Of a stretch of 64,000 bases of DNA, positions 54,951-64,000 are shown in pieces. Under the pieces are notes generated by a model. It saw only the letters and a list, made by a program, of their open reading frames with translations, was not told the origin of the DNA and did no database searches. A program made the translations under genes and the position numbers. The first letter of the stretch is position 1, and each line of letters opens with the position of its first letter. The stretch is from Planctomycetales bacterium (GTDB lineage Bacteria > 4484-113). The stretch is taken from assembly GCA_037441675.1 (NCBI GenBank), contig JBBIRS010000001.1:64001-128000 (forward strand), read 5' to 3'.

Positions 54951-55715
54951 CTATTCGCGATTCCCCTCTTGGGATAAAAGTTGAAATGCCCTTTTGAATT
55001 CAGCGAATTTGTCTATACTTATGGAGCGTTCCCCATAAAAGGTTTCATTGAAAATCATAGTTAAATATCTAAAGGCGGTTGTTCTTTCTGGCTTTCTAAA
55101 TTTGAAAGACTGGATTAAAAGGGAAGTGGGAAGCGTTTTGGCATAAGCTGGAAATAAGATATTTAAGCTTTCCTGATATAGACACCTAATCGCCTCAATT
55201 AAATTTCCCTGCATTTCAGCTTTTTCCGCCAATTCTAACCAACCATTTCCTGATTGTGACTTTGCAGGTGATCGTTTCTTTCTCCTGTGAATTTGAAAAA
55301 CCTCCAGACAGCTTTTGACTACGAAGGCAAGTAACCCCAAGCCTAAGATTAGTGAAAATAGCCTAAAGATGGTGAATGCTGTGGGATTTTCACCTTCCGA
55401 ACCTTGTGATAAGTTCTTTAACCATTCCACGATTGGTGTGAGTATTCCCCATTCATTATCGAGGGAACTTCTACCCTCTTGCCGAAAAGCCCTGCTTGAA
55501 AGAATGCTATTTATCATTGAGTGAAGCTCGTTAGCATCAACTCCTTCATTTTGTATCTTTCGAGAATTGTTTGCGTCGTGAGGGACATAACTAGTTTGCC
55601 CTGAAGAACTCTCCTGTATGTTAAAAATGAAGGCGTAAGAACTTCTAGCAAGAATGAGTAAAAATACTAGCACTAGGATATATCTAAATTTCCAATTCTT
55701 AAGGTTGTATACCAT
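54951..55715 (-). CDS. DUF4129-like protein
   Basis: TM helix, then W...AE.....G...EAIRCLY and F..LT..F....YG.R, typical of DUF4129. Confidence 0.65.
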   Translation of the reverse strand: MVYNLKNWKFRYILVLVFLLILARSSYAFIFNIQESSSGQTSYVPHDANNSRKIQNEGVDANELHSMINSILSSRAFRQEGRSSLDNEWGILTPIVEWLKNLSQGSEGENPTAFTIFRLFSLILGLGLLAFVVKSCLEVFQIHRRKKRSPAKSQSGNGWLELAEKAEMQGNLIEAIRCLYQESLNILFPAYAKTLPTSLLIQSFKFRKPERTTAFRYLTMIFNETFYGERSISIDKFAEFKRAFQLLSQEGNRE

Positions 55716-55729
55716 GACATCTAGTTCAG

Positions 55730-57855
55730 TTAGTAGTATCTAGGTGAGAAAACGATATCAACCTTCTTATTTTTTGCTGACGCCCTAAAGTCCAGCAAGT
55801 GGTTGTAATTAACATCGCTGGTAAGAAATTTTCCGTGCGCTACCCATCTATTTGAATGACTTGAAAGCCGAACATCAGATACTTCATACATACTTGCACT
55901 CTGTATAAACTCAATTTCCCCTAAGAGTTTACCAACTTCCTTTTCGAGTTCTTTCTTTCCAGTGGAGTATGCTGAAAAATTAATAATAACCCCAAAAGGT
56001 GGAAGCTTAAAATCTTCCTTCAGTTTCTCTATGTCAGCAAGGGTTTTCTTCCTATCGGGCCCAATCCTAGCGAAAATTGCATCAGTAATTTGTTTTGGGC
56101 CTAGAAGTTGAATATTTACTGAATTTCTTCCGTAAAGAGAGTATAGACGATAGATTTGATCCTCTACGAATTCCTCAACAAAGGGAGCCTGCGAAACCGA
56201 TATAAATTCCCTTAGGATGAAAACGATTTTCTTCGGTTTATAGAAGCTTAAAGGTGAGAAAAGTGTGCTTGTCCCAATCAATACGTCCGTTCTACCCAGA
56301 TTCGCTTCCCTAATTTCACCTCTACGTGCTTGGTATAATGCTCCTACACGTGGCGTATGTGGAAGATTTCGTTTCTTAAGCTCAGCTCTAACTAGTTTCG
56401 CCAAGCCTTCAACTCCAACAAGTTGAATAGAAAGCTCTCTTCCTTGACATTCTTGACACGCAACATTTCTGCTTCTAAAGCCACAATTGGTGCAGGCGAA
56501 ATGCTCCGTATCTGCACTGTAAAGAAGATATCTTCCGCAATTGGGGCAGTACACCATACTATCACAACTTTCACATTTAATATGTTGCCCAATGCCCAAG
56601 GCATCGTTAAGGACCAGCATTTTCACGCCACTTCTTGCTTGCGAGGCAATTGTTCTTGAGAGTTTTATTATTCTCTCATTACTAGTGCCGGATACAGGTT
56701 TTGGAGTTGAATGCAATTCATCCGCGGAATAACACGGATAAGTGGAAGTTAGGGGGATTAACCTCAACACCATTGGTGTAACCATTGAGTAGAAGTATAA
56801 ATTTAGTAGCGTGTTGTATCTTGGGTAATCTTGAGATTGAAAATGTGGGTTAGTTGGGTCAAAGATAATTACCTCGTCAAAGAGAGAGTAAAGGCAAAGG
56901 AAATTGCTAGCCCTTTTTCCAACTATAACAATGGACTGCGAGCTTTTGAGAGATTGCTCCAACTTAACAAGTTCGGAAGAAGGCATATCAGAAGAAAAGG
57001 TTAATACTCTATCCGCACCCCTTTTTGGAAGCGCATTTTTGAACGCTTCAACAAAGCTCTCTTCGGGCAAAAGCACGAGAATTTTACTTTTCTTATTCAA
57101 AAGAGTCCTGACAAATGATTTGCGAAAAAAGTCACGCCAATTCACATTTTCAACTCTTATGCAAGGGCTAGAGATGCATCCATCATTCAAAGAGAGTTCA
57201 GAAAAGAAACTACTAACTTGCCTGAAAAAGGAGTGTCCTTCGGGGAATTTGGCTTCTTCTCCTTTAAGTGGAATGGCGAGAACTTGCTGAATCGGTGTTT
57301 CAACCTCTTTCCATGTCTTATGAACGACCGTTGACAAGGATAATGTTCCTACTACCCTTAACTGCCCACTCTCTAGTATGTCCCATAACTGACTAGGCTC
57401 CATATGACTAAGTAGTTTTTTGAGAAGGGATGACGATATTCTAGTGCCGTCTCTTGGTAGAAGGATTTTGAGTATCGCCCCAATTTTCTTTGATTTTAAT
57501 GTCTCTTCCCATTTCTCACCGTAAAAAAAAACAGATTTATCCTTCTTTGAGCCTGGCCAAAGGTTACAAGATCAAATATCTCAGCGGGAGAACAAAGATA
57601 CAAACGGGAAAGCGCAAGTATCATCTTTCCAATGTGCACTACTGGTGACGTAGTCAATCTCAATCTTCCCACAATAGGCAATAGCCCATTCAAGTTGCCA
57701 TTCGTAAGCTCGGCAATTATTCCCGCCACTAGCTTCTCTCTGAATGGCACAATTACCAACTCTCCCTTATCGTAGGACTTATCTAACGGGACTCTATACG
57801 AGAAATAACGGAAACGCGGGTCTTGCCCAAGAAGATATATTTTCGCAATTCTCAT
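55730..57855 (-). pseudogene. priA: PriA-like primosomal protein, split into two frames at a T9 tract (pseudogene, slippage-expressed gene, or assembly error)
   Basis: The upstream ORF 57496-57855 has the PriA N-terminal pattern FSYRVP...GELVIVPF....GII. The downstream frame is open from 57571 to 55730 and carries CESC/CPNC/CTNC/CQEC and LPPF. It sits in the usual gmk-rpoZ-coaBC-priA synteny. An A9 run is at 57523-57531 on the + strand. Confidence 0.8.
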
Positions 57856-57942
57856 CTCTAAAATACCCTTGCGGGATTTTGCTCTTCAAATTGCTTATCC
57901 AGAAATTCTCTGCGTCAATTAATAGAATAAAAGTCCTTCGAG

Positions 57943-58869
57943 TTAACTTTGTTGATTAGATTCTACTTCTTCTCCCACCTTAAATAGTTTTGCCTTTATC
58001 TCAAAACGTGGTAACTCCCGCTTGTAGAGCTCATTCAAATATTCAGCAATATGCTCATTTACAAGTTCCCCAAGAAGATACTCTCGTATATCCTCCTTCA
58101 CCTCTTCCAATGTGTGATTCTCTGCGGGTAATTTCTTGTGGACAAAAACAATGTGGAATAGAGATCCTCTGATTATCTGAGAGTACTTGCCCTCTTCCAA
58201 TGAAAATGCAACTAACTCTAAAGGAGCTGGCAACCCACGCCCTTTTCCGATAATCCCGACGTATCCACCCCTTGCGCGTAATTCCTCATCATCATTATAG
58301 ATAGATGCAAGTTGATTAAAATCTTCACCCTTTTCCAGCCTTCCCAATACCTCTTTAGCTCTTTCCTCGGTATCTACACTTATAATTGACATCTGCACTC
58401 GCTCGGGTAATTGGAACTGGTCAATGTTTTTTAGATAATACTTCTTAACATCGTCATCGCTGACCTTGAGATTCTTCTCCTTTATAAACTTGTCCTCAAG
58501 CAACCTTCTATACTTGCGGTTCATAATGTTGTAATCCACAAACCTTTCCACCGCCGCAGCAGAATAAAGCTCCTTGAAACCGTCATAGATTTCTTGGGTC
58601 ATTTCGTCCTTGATGAAATCTTGTCTTTCTTCTTGCGTAGGTGAAAGTCCAAGCTTTGCAGCTTCCTTGTAGACTACAATTTGCTGAAGAAATGTGACGA
58701 GACCCTGCGCACCGAGCATCTTCATAAAGAAAATGTCAAAATCCTCGAGCGTTATGGTTTCACCATTGTATACAGCTAAGGGGTTGCTGCTCTCTGCTTT
58801 TATGGGGTAGGAGCCAAGCAGAAGAGCACAAATGCTTATCAAAATTGTTGCTATGGTTCTAGTTTTCAT
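57943..58869 (-). CDS. Secreted parvulin-type peptidyl-prolyl isomerase (PrsA/SurA-like)
   Basis: Signal peptide, AVYNGE.IT, YY..N...F..PERV, GEDF..LA, GGYVG, AFSL..G.YS and FHI. The ATG at 58869 is preferred. Confidence 0.88.
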   Translation of the reverse strand: MKTRTIATILISICALLLGSYPIKAESSNPLAVYNGETITLEDFDIFFMKMLGAQGLVTFLQQIVVYKEAAKLGLSPTQEERQDFIKDEMTQEIYDGFKELYSAAAVERFVDYNIMNRKYRRLLEDKFIKEKNLKVSDDDVKKYYLKNIDQFQLPERVQMSIISVDTEERAKEVLGRLEKGEDFNQLASIYNDDEELRARGGYVGIIGKGRGLPAPLELVAFSLEEGKYSQIIRGSLFHIVFVHKKLPAENHTLEEVKEDIREYLLGELVNEHIAEYLNELYKRELPRFEIKAKLFKVGEEVESNQQS

Positions 58870-58874
58870 TAATG

Positions 58875-60116
58875 TTATTTCTCCCTTCTTAATCGTTTTA
58901 CCATAGAGCATATTAAAGTTACCAATGCTTCCCCAATTTCCTCTTTACTATGATAGCCAAAAGGAATTACAGCACCATCTGTTGTAAGTAAGGCTGACTT
59001 CATAGAAGCCTCCCCGAAGGGACTTTGCCCTTCCTCTAAGGATACAGCAATTATTCCACTAAGATCTTTTTCCAAAAGTTTGTTCTTTGCAGAATTCAGC
59101 ACATCTGAAGTGTCAAGTGATACACCAATTCTGATTGATGGCATATTTATTTTTTTAAGTGATTGTAAAATATCATCGGTTCTTGTAAGAGAGAGCGAAA
59201 GCTTTTCGTGCTTATCCTTTTTTATCTTAGAATTTGAAATAGGTGAAGTATAATCCGCCACACCAGCTAGCATTACCAGCACATCATTTTCCTGAGCAGA
59301 TTCTGTAACAACTTCATACATTTCTTTGGCGCTTGTAATTCGACGAAAGTTGTAGCCCCTTTGTTCTAACTCCCGATTAGGAATACTTGGACTCGCGACA
59401 AAGGTAACTTTTGCTCCTTGAAGGAACAGCATATCCGCACATATTAGTGCCAAAGTTCCCGTTGATGAATTGGAAACGAACCGAACGGGGTCTATAAATT
59501 CGCGAGTTGCTCCTCCAGTGACAAGCACATTCACGCCTGATAGTGGACCCTCGAGCAGGTTAAGCTGATTAAGTAAAACTTGTAAGATTTTTCTTGGTTC
59601 TGCAAGTCTTCCAGGTCCCACCTCGCCACATGCTAGGTATCCAGTTCCCGGTTCAACCATAATCATTCCTCTTTGCTGTAACTTTGTGACATTTTCTTGT
59701 GTTACCGGATTTTCCCACATTGCACTGTTCATTGTAGGTGCGAAAACAATTGGACCGCGAAAGGCAAGAGCAGTTGAAGTCAATAGATTATCAGCAATTC
59801 CATGTGCAAGTTTAGCGATTGTATTTACGGTTGCGGGAGCAATCAAAAATATTTCAGACCCTCTCGCCTCTTGTATATGATACATGGAGCCCGAATCGTA
59901 GTCGTCTGGCATTTTATAGTCTGCAAATTCATCAACAAGTACTCTATTACCCGTTAGAGCGGTGAAAGTTAAGGGGCTTATGAATTTAGTCGCATTTGGC
60001 GTCATTATTATATGCACGTCAAGTCCATTTTCTACGAGTTCTCTTGCAACCTCGCAGATTTTGTAGACTGCTATACCCCCACTTACTCCTATCAGAACTC
60101 TTCTACTCTTCCTCAA
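58875..60116 (-). CDS. coaBC: Bifunctional phosphopantothenoylcysteine decarboxylase/ligase
   Basis: Motifs GVSGGIAVYK, APAT.NTIAKLA.GIADN, PTMN..MW, LACGEVGPGRL, TGGATREFIDPVRF.SN.STG and VADY. The likely TTG start at 60116 lies inside the 3' end of rpoZ. Confidence 0.95.
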   Translation of the reverse strand: MRKSRRVLIGVSGGIAVYKICEVARELVENGLDVHIIMTPNATKFISPLTFTALTGNRVLVDEFADYKMPDDYDSGSMYHIQEARGSEIFLIAPATVNTIAKLAHGIADNLLTSTALAFRGPIVFAPTMNSAMWENPVTQENVTKLQQRGMIMVEPGTGYLACGEVGPGRLAEPRKILQVLLNQLNLLEGPLSGVNVLVTGGATREFIDPVRFVSNSSTGTLALICADMLFLQGAKVTFVASPSIPNRELEQRGYNFRRITSAKEMYEVVTESAQENDVLVMLAGVADYTSPISNSKIKKDKHEKLSLSLTRTDDILQSLKKINMPSIRIGVSLDTSDVLNSAKNKLLEKDLSGIIAVSLEEGQSPFGEASMKSALLTTDGAVIPFGYHSKEEIGEALVTLICSMVKRLRREK

Positions 60117-60549
60117 GTTCTCCTTCCTCAAAGAACTCACCCTCTTCCTCAGAAGAAGCGTCCTGTTCAACCACGATTTCCTCCGAAGGGACAAATTCAA
60201 ACTCAGTCTTTGCAGTGCCTTTTGTAGTTAGATGAATGTTTTCGCCTCCCTTCCTAAAGCCTTCCAAATACTCAAAAAAGTAAAGTTTTTCTCTTTCCAG
60301 TTTACTCTCTGCGATTTCATAGAGTGCTTGTGTGAGTGGCTTTAAGGTAGATTTCTGTTCATTACTTTCTTCATCAAGCCCAGTTTCTGACATCTGCAAC
60401 CTTCTTGATTTATACACGATTTGTTTCGCTCGCAAAGCCGCCAGTAAAACTAACTCATACTTATTCGGTACATGCTTTAGCAAGTCATCCATAAGTGGAT
60501 ATAAAAGAGTTTCCTTTTCCTCCATTCCTTTGGTTTCATGTTTGTTCAT
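60103..60549 (-). CDS. rpoZ: RNA polymerase omega subunit with acidic C-terminal extension
   Basis: YP.MDDLL...PNKYELVLLAALRAKQI...KPLTQALYEI. Located between gmk and coaBC. Confidence 0.9.
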   Translation of the reverse strand: MNKHETKGMEEKETLLYPLMDDLLKHVPNKYELVLLAALRAKQIVYKSRRLQMSETGLDEESNEQKSTLKPLTQALYEIAESKLEREKLYFFEYLEGFRKGGENIHLTTKGTAKTEFEFVPSEEIVVEQDASSEEEGEFFEEGELEEE

Positions 60550-61160
60550 ATATTAAATTCCTCCGTTTCCTTTATTAAACAGTCTATATGATCTTGAACA
60601 ATATCAGACTTAAACCTCTGGGCAGATATTATTACATCTAGATACTTTACAGCAGTCTTTAAGTCATCATTTATAATGCAATAATCCAAATTAGCCAATC
60701 TGTGTATTTCTTCTCCAACCATTTTCCATCTCGTCATAGTATCTTCCGGCGTATCAGTTCCACGTTCCTTTAAGCGTTCAAGCATTACTTTTATGCTAGG
60801 TGGTAGTATAGCTACCGCGGTGAACTGAGGGAATTTTTCCTTTAGGTTCAAGGCTCCCTTTGAGTCCAGCTCAAATATTACTGTTTGAGTTGAGTTTTTC
60901 TTACTTTCCACGATGCTACGGGGTGTTCCATAATAATTCCCATAAACCTCTTCCCACTCTATGAAAAAGTGCTCCTTAATCTTTTTTTCAAACTCCTCTT
61001 TAGAGATAAAGGTATAGTCCGCACCATCCACTTCGCCCGCCCTCTTACTTCGCGTAGTGTGGCTAACGGAAAAAATGAACTCAGGATGAAGAGCCAACAA
61101 TTCGCGGATTATTGTGGACTTTCCTACTCCCGAGCAACCTGAAACAATTATTCCAATCAT
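60546..61160 (-). CDS. gmk: Guanylate kinase
   Basis: Motifs SGCSGVGKST, SVSHTTR..RAGEVDG.DY.F, NYYGTP, LPPS and RLKERGTD. Confidence 0.96.
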   Translation of the reverse strand: MIGIIVSGCSGVGKSTIIRELLALHPEFIFSVSHTTRSKRAGEVDGADYTFISKEEFEKKIKEHFFIEWEEVYGNYYGTPRSIVESKKNSTQTVIFELDSKGALNLKEKFPQFTAVAILPPSIKVMLERLKERGTDTPEDTMTRWKMVGEEIHRLANLDYCIINDDLKTAVKYLDVIISAQRFKSDIVQDHIDCLIKETEEFNI

Positions 61161-61250
61161 GCCTAATATCTTCTCTTAATATTAAAATTAAAAATTCTTC
61201 TCAGCAAACGGCTATTCCACTACTCCCACCATCTTATTAAAACATCTGAT

Positions 61251-62105
61251 CTAAGCTTTCTCATTAACCCTAGCAGCAATTACGTCAGTAGCATTTGCTA
61301 TCATTCCTTTACAAAATATCTCTTCAATAACTTTATACATGTACTCTTCTAATTCGGCGCGTTCAGAGGATGATAGCTCAACAGTCCTAGCTTCCGAAGA
61401 TGGGAGATTCACTCTTATCCTTACTCTTGCCGGATTACTGAAAAAGTCAACGCAAATAGTATTTCTTCCACTAATTGGAACATTATCCTTATACACAATA
61501 ATATACTGAACATCAGTCTGGAAAGGCAAAAACTTTAAATCTACAATTTTCTCGTAGGTAAACGCCCCGGATGTGTGGTCAATACTTTTCCTATCCTCAC
61601 CAAAGCGGAATCTTTCGCCCTCTATTTGTAAGTCAGTAGTGCCTGCTCTACTCCATATAGATCTAAAAAACCTAATTGCCGTCTCGGCATCAATAGTTCT
61701 AGTAGTCCTTTGGATGCTAATCCAAAGTATAGCGTCAAGTGCTTGCTGTAATAGGTCAAAATCAATACCCCTTATGTACATGTGATGGAATGTCTGCATT
61801 CTAAACGCTGAAGGGAAGCTTGCTCTATCAAAATCCCATCTTAACCTTTGATAAACCTTCATTAATTGCTTTTCCTTTGGATGCAGTGCAAATCTGGCTA
61901 ATCTGTGCTCTGTATATCTTGCAACTTCGGTGCTGTCTTTCATCATTTCGGGCGTGTCACCAAGATTGGTAACTAGGGGATACAGCCGAAAATATAAGTT
62001 TTCCTCTCTTATCATTCTATGTGCCAAAATGATTTGGCGAAAGAAATCCATTAAACTAACGCCTAAATTATTAATTATAGCCTTAGGAAGTAGGACTGTT
62101 AGCAT
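61251..62105 (-). CDS. Hypothetical protein
   Basis: 284-aa ORF filling the gap between gmk and the MazG-like gene. No family recognised. Confidence 0.6.
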   Translation of the reverse strand: MLTVLLPKAIINNLGVSLMDFFRQIILAHRMIREENLYFRLYPLVTNLGDTPEMMKDSTEVARYTEHRLARFALHPKEKQLMKVYQRLRWDFDRASFPSAFRMQTFHHMYIRGIDFDLLQQALDAILWISIQRTTRTIDAETAIRFFRSIWSRAGTTDLQIEGERFRFGEDRKSIDHTSGAFTYEKIVDLKFLPFQTDVQYIIVYKDNVPISGRNTICVDFFSNPARVRIRVNLPSSEARTVELSSSERAELEEYMYKVIEEIFCKGMIANATDVIAARVNEKA

Positions 62106-62279
62106 TGGTTATTATTAAAGATTGAACCTTTATTATACTGAATATTTAATTAGCCATTCAAATATTTTTTCTGCCCCAAATATTACTCTTGAGATAACAG
62201 ATAATTGCTCACTTAGATTTTTAATCATTTAAGGTCATTGTTAAGGGAGTTAAAAAGATGATGTTAGAATGTAACCACT

Positions 62280-62918
62280 ATGAAGCGTGAAAGTAGAATC
62301 AAACCAAACCTGAGAGATGGCCGTGCATTTGCCTATCTTGTAGGTCTGCAGGAGTATCTCTTGTCCGAGAAGGGTTGTCCTTGGGATAGGGAACAAGACC
62401 TTAAAAGCCTAAGGCATTACGTAATGCAAGAAGCCGAGGAAGTTGTCAGCGCCATAGATAATCTTCTAATTCTTGAGAAGAAGCTTAAAAGGGCTCTTTC
62501 CCTGGAATCTGCGCAGCAGATTGTTCGTGAGCATCATAAGGCAAGTGGGGGTAAGTTTTCCATAACCCGGAGGAGTAAGTTAAAGGAGCCTTCCAATAAT
62601 TATTCAGCTTTAGAAAGAAATCTCAATAAAACTACGCGAGAGCTTTTGAATAGATGGCAAGAAGCCAGGGATGCGCTAAAAGAGGAAATAGGCGATCTCC
62701 TAATGCAGCCCATTTTTGAAAGCAAGGTGGCGGAGAAGCTAGGTTATTTCTCCCTTTGTGATGTCATCAACTCACTCTACGAGAAGCTAATACGTCGGCA
62801 TCCCCACGTTTTTCATGAAATAAAAGCCAAAACATCCAAAGAAGTTCTAAAAAAATGGCGCGAAATCAAGAAAGAAGAGAAAAAGAATCGACGAGATTAC
62901 CTGTCACCATTGGGGTAA
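62280..62918 (+). CDS. MazG-family nucleotide pyrophosphohydrolase (single domain with insertion)
   Basis: Motifs GCPWDREQ, EAEEV..AI, EEIGDLL, KLIRRHPHVF and W.EIK. Confidence 0.88.
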   Translation: MKRESRIKPNLRDGRAFAYLVGLQEYLLSEKGCPWDREQDLKSLRHYVMQEAEEVVSAIDNLLILEKKLKRALSLESAQQIVREHHKASGGKFSITRRSKLKEPSNNYSALERNLNKTTRELLNRWQEARDALKEEIGDLLMQPIFESKVAEKLGYFSLCDVINSLYEKLIRRHPHVFHEIKAKTSKEVLKKWREIKKEEKKNRRDYLSPLG

Positions 62919-62972
62919 ATACTTGTTTAGTTGATATGTATAACTCGTAAGGCATTTCAGCTAAGCTTAGCG

Positions 62973-64000
62973 TTACTTTTCATCTCCAAACAGGTTAGCT
63001 TCGCCCTTAAACGACGTTGAAGAGAATTTTGCTTGCGTCTTGAAGTATTCATAAGCTTTTCTTGTAGCTACCCTTCCTCTGGGTGTCTTCTCTAGGTATC
63101 CTTCCTTTAGCAGATAAGGTTCGTAAACGTCTTCAATGGTGTCTCTCTCTTCGTTGAGGACCGCAGAGATGCTATCAATACCCACAGGTCCACCTTGAAA
63201 ATTATTGAGAACCGCCAAAAGAACGCGACGATCCATCTCGTCCAATCCATCTTCGGAGATACCTAGCTGATTTAGGGCTTTCTCCGCAACCTCAGGAGTG
63301 ATACTTTCAAATCCGGCGACCGTTGCATAATCCCATACGCGTTTTAACAATCTAAGGGCAACCCGAGGTGTCCCCCGTGCTCTTTTGGCAATAGCTATGA
63401 TACTTGAGGGCTCAATAGAAATCCTGCTCTCCCCAATCTTTCTTTCAAGTATCTGTACAATTTCTGCTTCATCATAGAAGTTTAGGTGAAAAACTGCGCC
63501 GAACCTATCTCTTAGTGGTGCGGTCAAAAGTCCGCTTCTAGTAGTCGCTCCTATGAGTGTGAATTTACATAGATTTAGTGGGATGATTCGGGCTCCAGGT
63601 CCTTTCCCAATTACGACGTCCACTCGGAAATCCTCCATTGCGCTATATAGGGTTTCCTCTACAGGCCTACTAAGGCGATGTATTTCATCGATAAACAAAA
63701 CTTGCTTCTCCTTCAAGCTAGTAAGGATTGCAACCAAGTCGCCCGCACGCTCAAGTAGTGGACCAGTTGTAACGCTTATGGGAACAGACATTTCGTTTGC
63801 CAAGATATGAGCCAAAGTGGTCTTCCCAAGACCAGGAGGACCAGAAAATAGAATATGCTCTAGAGAAGTGCCTCTCTTTTTAGCCGCCTCAAGCATTATT
63901 CGGACGTTTGAGACGACGCGCTTTTGCCCAACGAAATCCTCAATTCTCGCGGGTCTTGCGGTGCTTAATGCATCTGCCTCTTCTTTATTTGGCGAAACTA
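62973..64000 (-). CDS. ruvB: Holliday junction branch migration helicase RuvB (5' end beyond the window)
   Basis: Motifs GPPGLGKTTLA, FIDEIHRL, LYSAMEDF, GATTR.G.LTAPLRDRFG, RGTPR, GGPVG, EPYL and TPRGR. The frame stays open to the window edge (…RPARIEDFVGQ…). Confidence 0.97.
   Translation of the reverse strand, partial: VSPNKEEADALSTARPARIEDFVGQKRVVSNVRIMLEAAKKRGTSLEHILFSGPPGLGKTTLAHILANEMSVPISVTTGPLLERAGDLVAILTSLKEKQVLFIDEIHRLSRPVEETLYSAMEDFRVDVVIGKGPGARIIPLNLCKFTLIGATTRSGLLTAPLRDRFGAVFHLNFYDEAEIVQILERKIGESRISIEPSSIIAIAKRARGTPRVALRLLKRVWDYATVAGFESITPEVAEKALNQLGISEDGLDEMDRRVLLAVLNNFQGGPVGIDSISAVLNEERDTIEDVYEPYLLKEGYLEKTPRGRVATRKAYEYFKTQAKFSSTSFKGEANLFGDEK

Noticed and set aside
60117..60200. 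ORF-track N-terminal extension of coaBC
   Set aside because: It overlaps rpoZ in another frame. CoaBC homology begins near RRVLIGVSGG, and a TTG with an RBS at 60116 is the better start.
247..63810. Numerous short 60-130 aa ORFs overlapping annotated genes in the ORF track
   Set aside because: They lie antisense or out of frame within well-supported genes and show no recognisable motifs.

Overview
This is a gene-dense, AT-rich chromosomal segment from a bacterium whose proteins are markedly divergent from model organisms, plausibly an anaerobic uncultured lineage (inference). Most genes are housekeeping: acyP, purE, deoB, tsaD, 2-oxoacid:ferredoxin oxidoreductase alpha/beta, comEC, rpsT, hypA/hypC/hypD, deoC, purH, purN, cobB, ftsK, a class I aldolase, a UvrD/PcrA helicase, hisS, ffh, secG, a thiolase, alr, a gmk-rpoZ-coaBC-(PPIase)-priA cluster, a MazG-like gene and ruvB. 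There are two tRNA genes, Arg-TCG and His-GTG, and neither encodes CCA. I found no CRISPR array, integrase, transposase, reverse transcriptase or prophage. The most notable observations are: (1) a tRNA-His gene lacking the near-universal G-1:C73 identity pair (it has T-1, G1.U72 and A73), directly upstream of a HisRS whose motif-2 loop has changed at the matching positions; (2) a TRAP (MtrB) homolog with intact RNA-binding residues but an altered Trp pocket; (3) a PriA-like gene split at a T9 tract and lacking helicase motifs; (4) two tandem ~345-aa type IV pilin-like proteins; (5) large modular surface lipoproteins, namely cohesin/dockerin-like + FN3 + thioredoxin, a PLD-fold protein with both HKD motifs altered, and an NHL + carboxypeptidase-regulatory-like protein.
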